Assembly (NCBI GenBank): GCA_003551665.1
Contig: PUNE01000124.1
Location: 19,720-83,719 of the forward strand
Length of the DNA: 64,000 nt
Direction of reading: 5' to 3'
From: Halobacteroidaceae bacterium
GTDB taxonomy: Bacteria; Bacillota; Halanaerobiia; B1SED10-174
Positions 62,468-64,000 of this stretch are shown in pieces. The first letter of the stretch is position 1, and every line of letters begins with the position of its first letter. Below the pieces are notes generated by a model that ran no database searches, had not been told where the DNA came from, and was given only the letters and a program-made list of their open reading frames with translations. A program made the position numbers and the translations under genes.

Positions 62468-64000
62468 AGGAGGAAGCCTTACCAATCTCGCTCTGGAACT
62501 CTTCCTTGTATTGCAATAGGTATAGATTGTAATAAAGACCTTTTTGATCCAGGAGTTCCTGGTGATTGCCCATTTCCCGGATTTTTCCCTTATGCAAAAC
62601 AATTATCTTGTCAGCGTTCTGAATTGTGGACAGGCGGTGAGCTACAACAATGTTTGTTCGACCTGCCATTAGTTTGGGCAGGGCATCCTGAATCAGGATC
62701 TCAGTTTCGGTATCAATATTTGCAGTTGCCTCGTCAAGAACAAGTACGGCGGGATCAAAAGCCAGGGCCCTTGCAAAGGCGAGCAACTGGCGTTGACCCG
62801 AGGAAAAAGTGGATCCCCTTTCCATTACTTCTTCACTGTACCCCTTGGGTAGTTTTTCGATGAAGGTATGGGCGTTAACCAGTCGGGAAACCTCTTTAAT
62901 TCTCTGGTCGGTGATCTCCCTGTTATTTAAACGGATATTGTCCTTCACTGTTCCGGAGAAAATAAAGACATCCTGCAGGACCAGCCCAATATTTTTTCGC
63001 AGGTCCCGGGTAGTGTACTTTCGAATATCGTTTCCATCCAGGAGAATCTGACCTTTCTGGATATCATAGAATCTGCTGAGGAGATTAATTATCGAACTTT
63101 TGCCTGCTCCGGTTGCTCCAACAAGGGCAACTGTTTCTCCGGGTTCAATAGAAAAACTGATATCCCGGAGTACCCAGTCTTCCTCCTGGTAGGCAAACCA
63201 GACATTTTTAAACTCAATGTGGCCGCGAGCTGTGGCAAGGGGTTTGGGTTCCGGGGGGTCTTTGATGACCGGATCCCGGTCGCGGATCATAAAGATTCTT
63301 TCTGCTGAAGCCATAGCGGACTGGAGGATATTATATTTTTCTGTGAGATCGTTAATGGGACGGAAGAACTGTTCCATATAATTGATAAAGGCATAGAGTA
63401 CTCCAAACTCCAGGACACCTCGCAAGACGCTCCCTCCGCCGAACCACAGGATCAGTGCAACTCCCATGGCGTAAAGAACTTCCATTGAAGGGCGGAAGAT
63501 GGCAAAAACTTTGAGTTCCCGCATGGAGGCCTTGAAGTGGTCGGTATTAATATGGTCAAATTCCCTGAACTTGCGGTCCTCTTGTTTGAAGATCTGGACA
63601 ATACGCATTCCAGAGATGTTTTCCGAAAAGAAAGCGTTAATCCTCGCAAGTTTAACCCGCACCTGTCGGTAAGCGTCCCGGGCTTTGATCCGGAAAATAA
63701 CTGTTACCACCATTATCAGGGGCAGAACTGCAAAAGAAATAAGGGCCAGGCGCCAGTTAAGGCTCACCATTACAATAATAATTCCAATCAGCATAAATAC
63801 ATCGCGGAAAAGGTTGACCAGGACGGCAGTGTACATTTCGTGGAGAGTCTGGGTATCGTTGGTTACCCTTGTTACAAGCCGGCCAACAGGATTCCCATCA
63901 AAAAAGGAGAGGGGCAGGGTTTCCATGTGATCAAAAAGTTCCTGGCGAATATCATAAACAATTTTTTGTCCTGTATACTGGAGCATATAAACCTGGGCGT
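62466..64000 (-). CDS. ABC transporter fused permease/ATPase (MdlB/YfiC-like), 5'-truncated by window edge
   Basis: PVGRLVTRVTND, GATGAGKS, FSSGQRQL, LDEATANID, AHRLSTI. Confidence 0.92.
   Translation of the reverse strand, partial: AQVYMLQYTGQKIVYDIRQELFDHMETLPLSFFDGNPVGRLVTRVTNDTQTLHEMYTAVLVNLFRDVFMLIGIIIVMVSLNWRLALISFAVLPLIMVVTVIFRIKARDAYRQVRVKLARINAFFSENISGMRIVQIFKQEDRKFREFDHINTDHFKASMRELKVFAIFRPSMEVLYAMGVALILWFGGGSVLRGVLEFGVLYAFINYMEQFFRPINDLTEKYNILQSAMASAERIFMIRDRDPVIKDPPEPKPLATARGHIEFKNVWFAYQEEDWVLRDISFSIEPGETVALVGATGAGKSSIINLLSRFYDIQKGQILLDGNDIRKYTTRDLRKNIGLVLQDVFIFSGTVKDNIRLNNREITDQRIKEVSRLVNAHTFIEKLPKGYSEEVMERGSTFSSGQRQLLAFARALAFDPAVLVLDEATANIDTETEILIQDALPKLMAGRTNIVVAHRLSTIQNADKIIVLHKGKIREMGNHQELLDQKGLYYNLYLLQYKEEFQSEIGKASS

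Overview
A chromosomal segment from an anaerobic Bacillota (Firmicutes)-like bacterium. Up to about 44.3 kb the genes are mostly on the + strand in a classic origin-proximal Bacillota order: cdaA-cdaR-glmM-(glmS ribozyme)-glmS-acpS-nnr-alr-ndoAI-ndoA, tsaE-tsaB-rimI-tsaD, CIRCE-groES-groEL, guaA-plsY-yerC, tRNA-Pro, and pcrA-ligA-gatCAB-rlmD. Amino-acid catabolism genes are interspersed (tdh-kbl, an arginine-synthetase-like ATPase, class II asparaginase, M20 amidohydrolase, D-cysteine desulfhydrase). After rlmD there is an accessory-looking stretch (small orphans, a TetR/ABC exporter, a 1517-aa PAS-GAF-GGDEF-HD-GYP protein, a DEAD-box helicase), then an FMN-binding lipoprotein, phoP-phoR-pstB-phoU, a ferredoxin and a partial ABC transporter. 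The most notable signals are: (1) an 897-aa signal-peptide/metallopeptidase/beta-propeller/Omp85-like barrel protein, which would imply a diderm Bacillota; (2) a co-oriented DnaA-box cluster after tsaD that abuts the RBS of an uncharacterised radical SAM-PDZ gene; (3) an ArcE-like arginine synthetase apparently co-transcribed with the uncharacterised AmmeMemoRadiSam genes; (4) a perfect 14-bp operator palindrome and a probable ATT start at the TetR gene; (5) 11-bp-periodic Pho boxes driving pstB-phoU without pstSCA; (6) recurrent sigmaH-like promoters. No CRISPR array, rRNA, integrase or transposase was seen. All protein calls are by motif recognition, with no database search.
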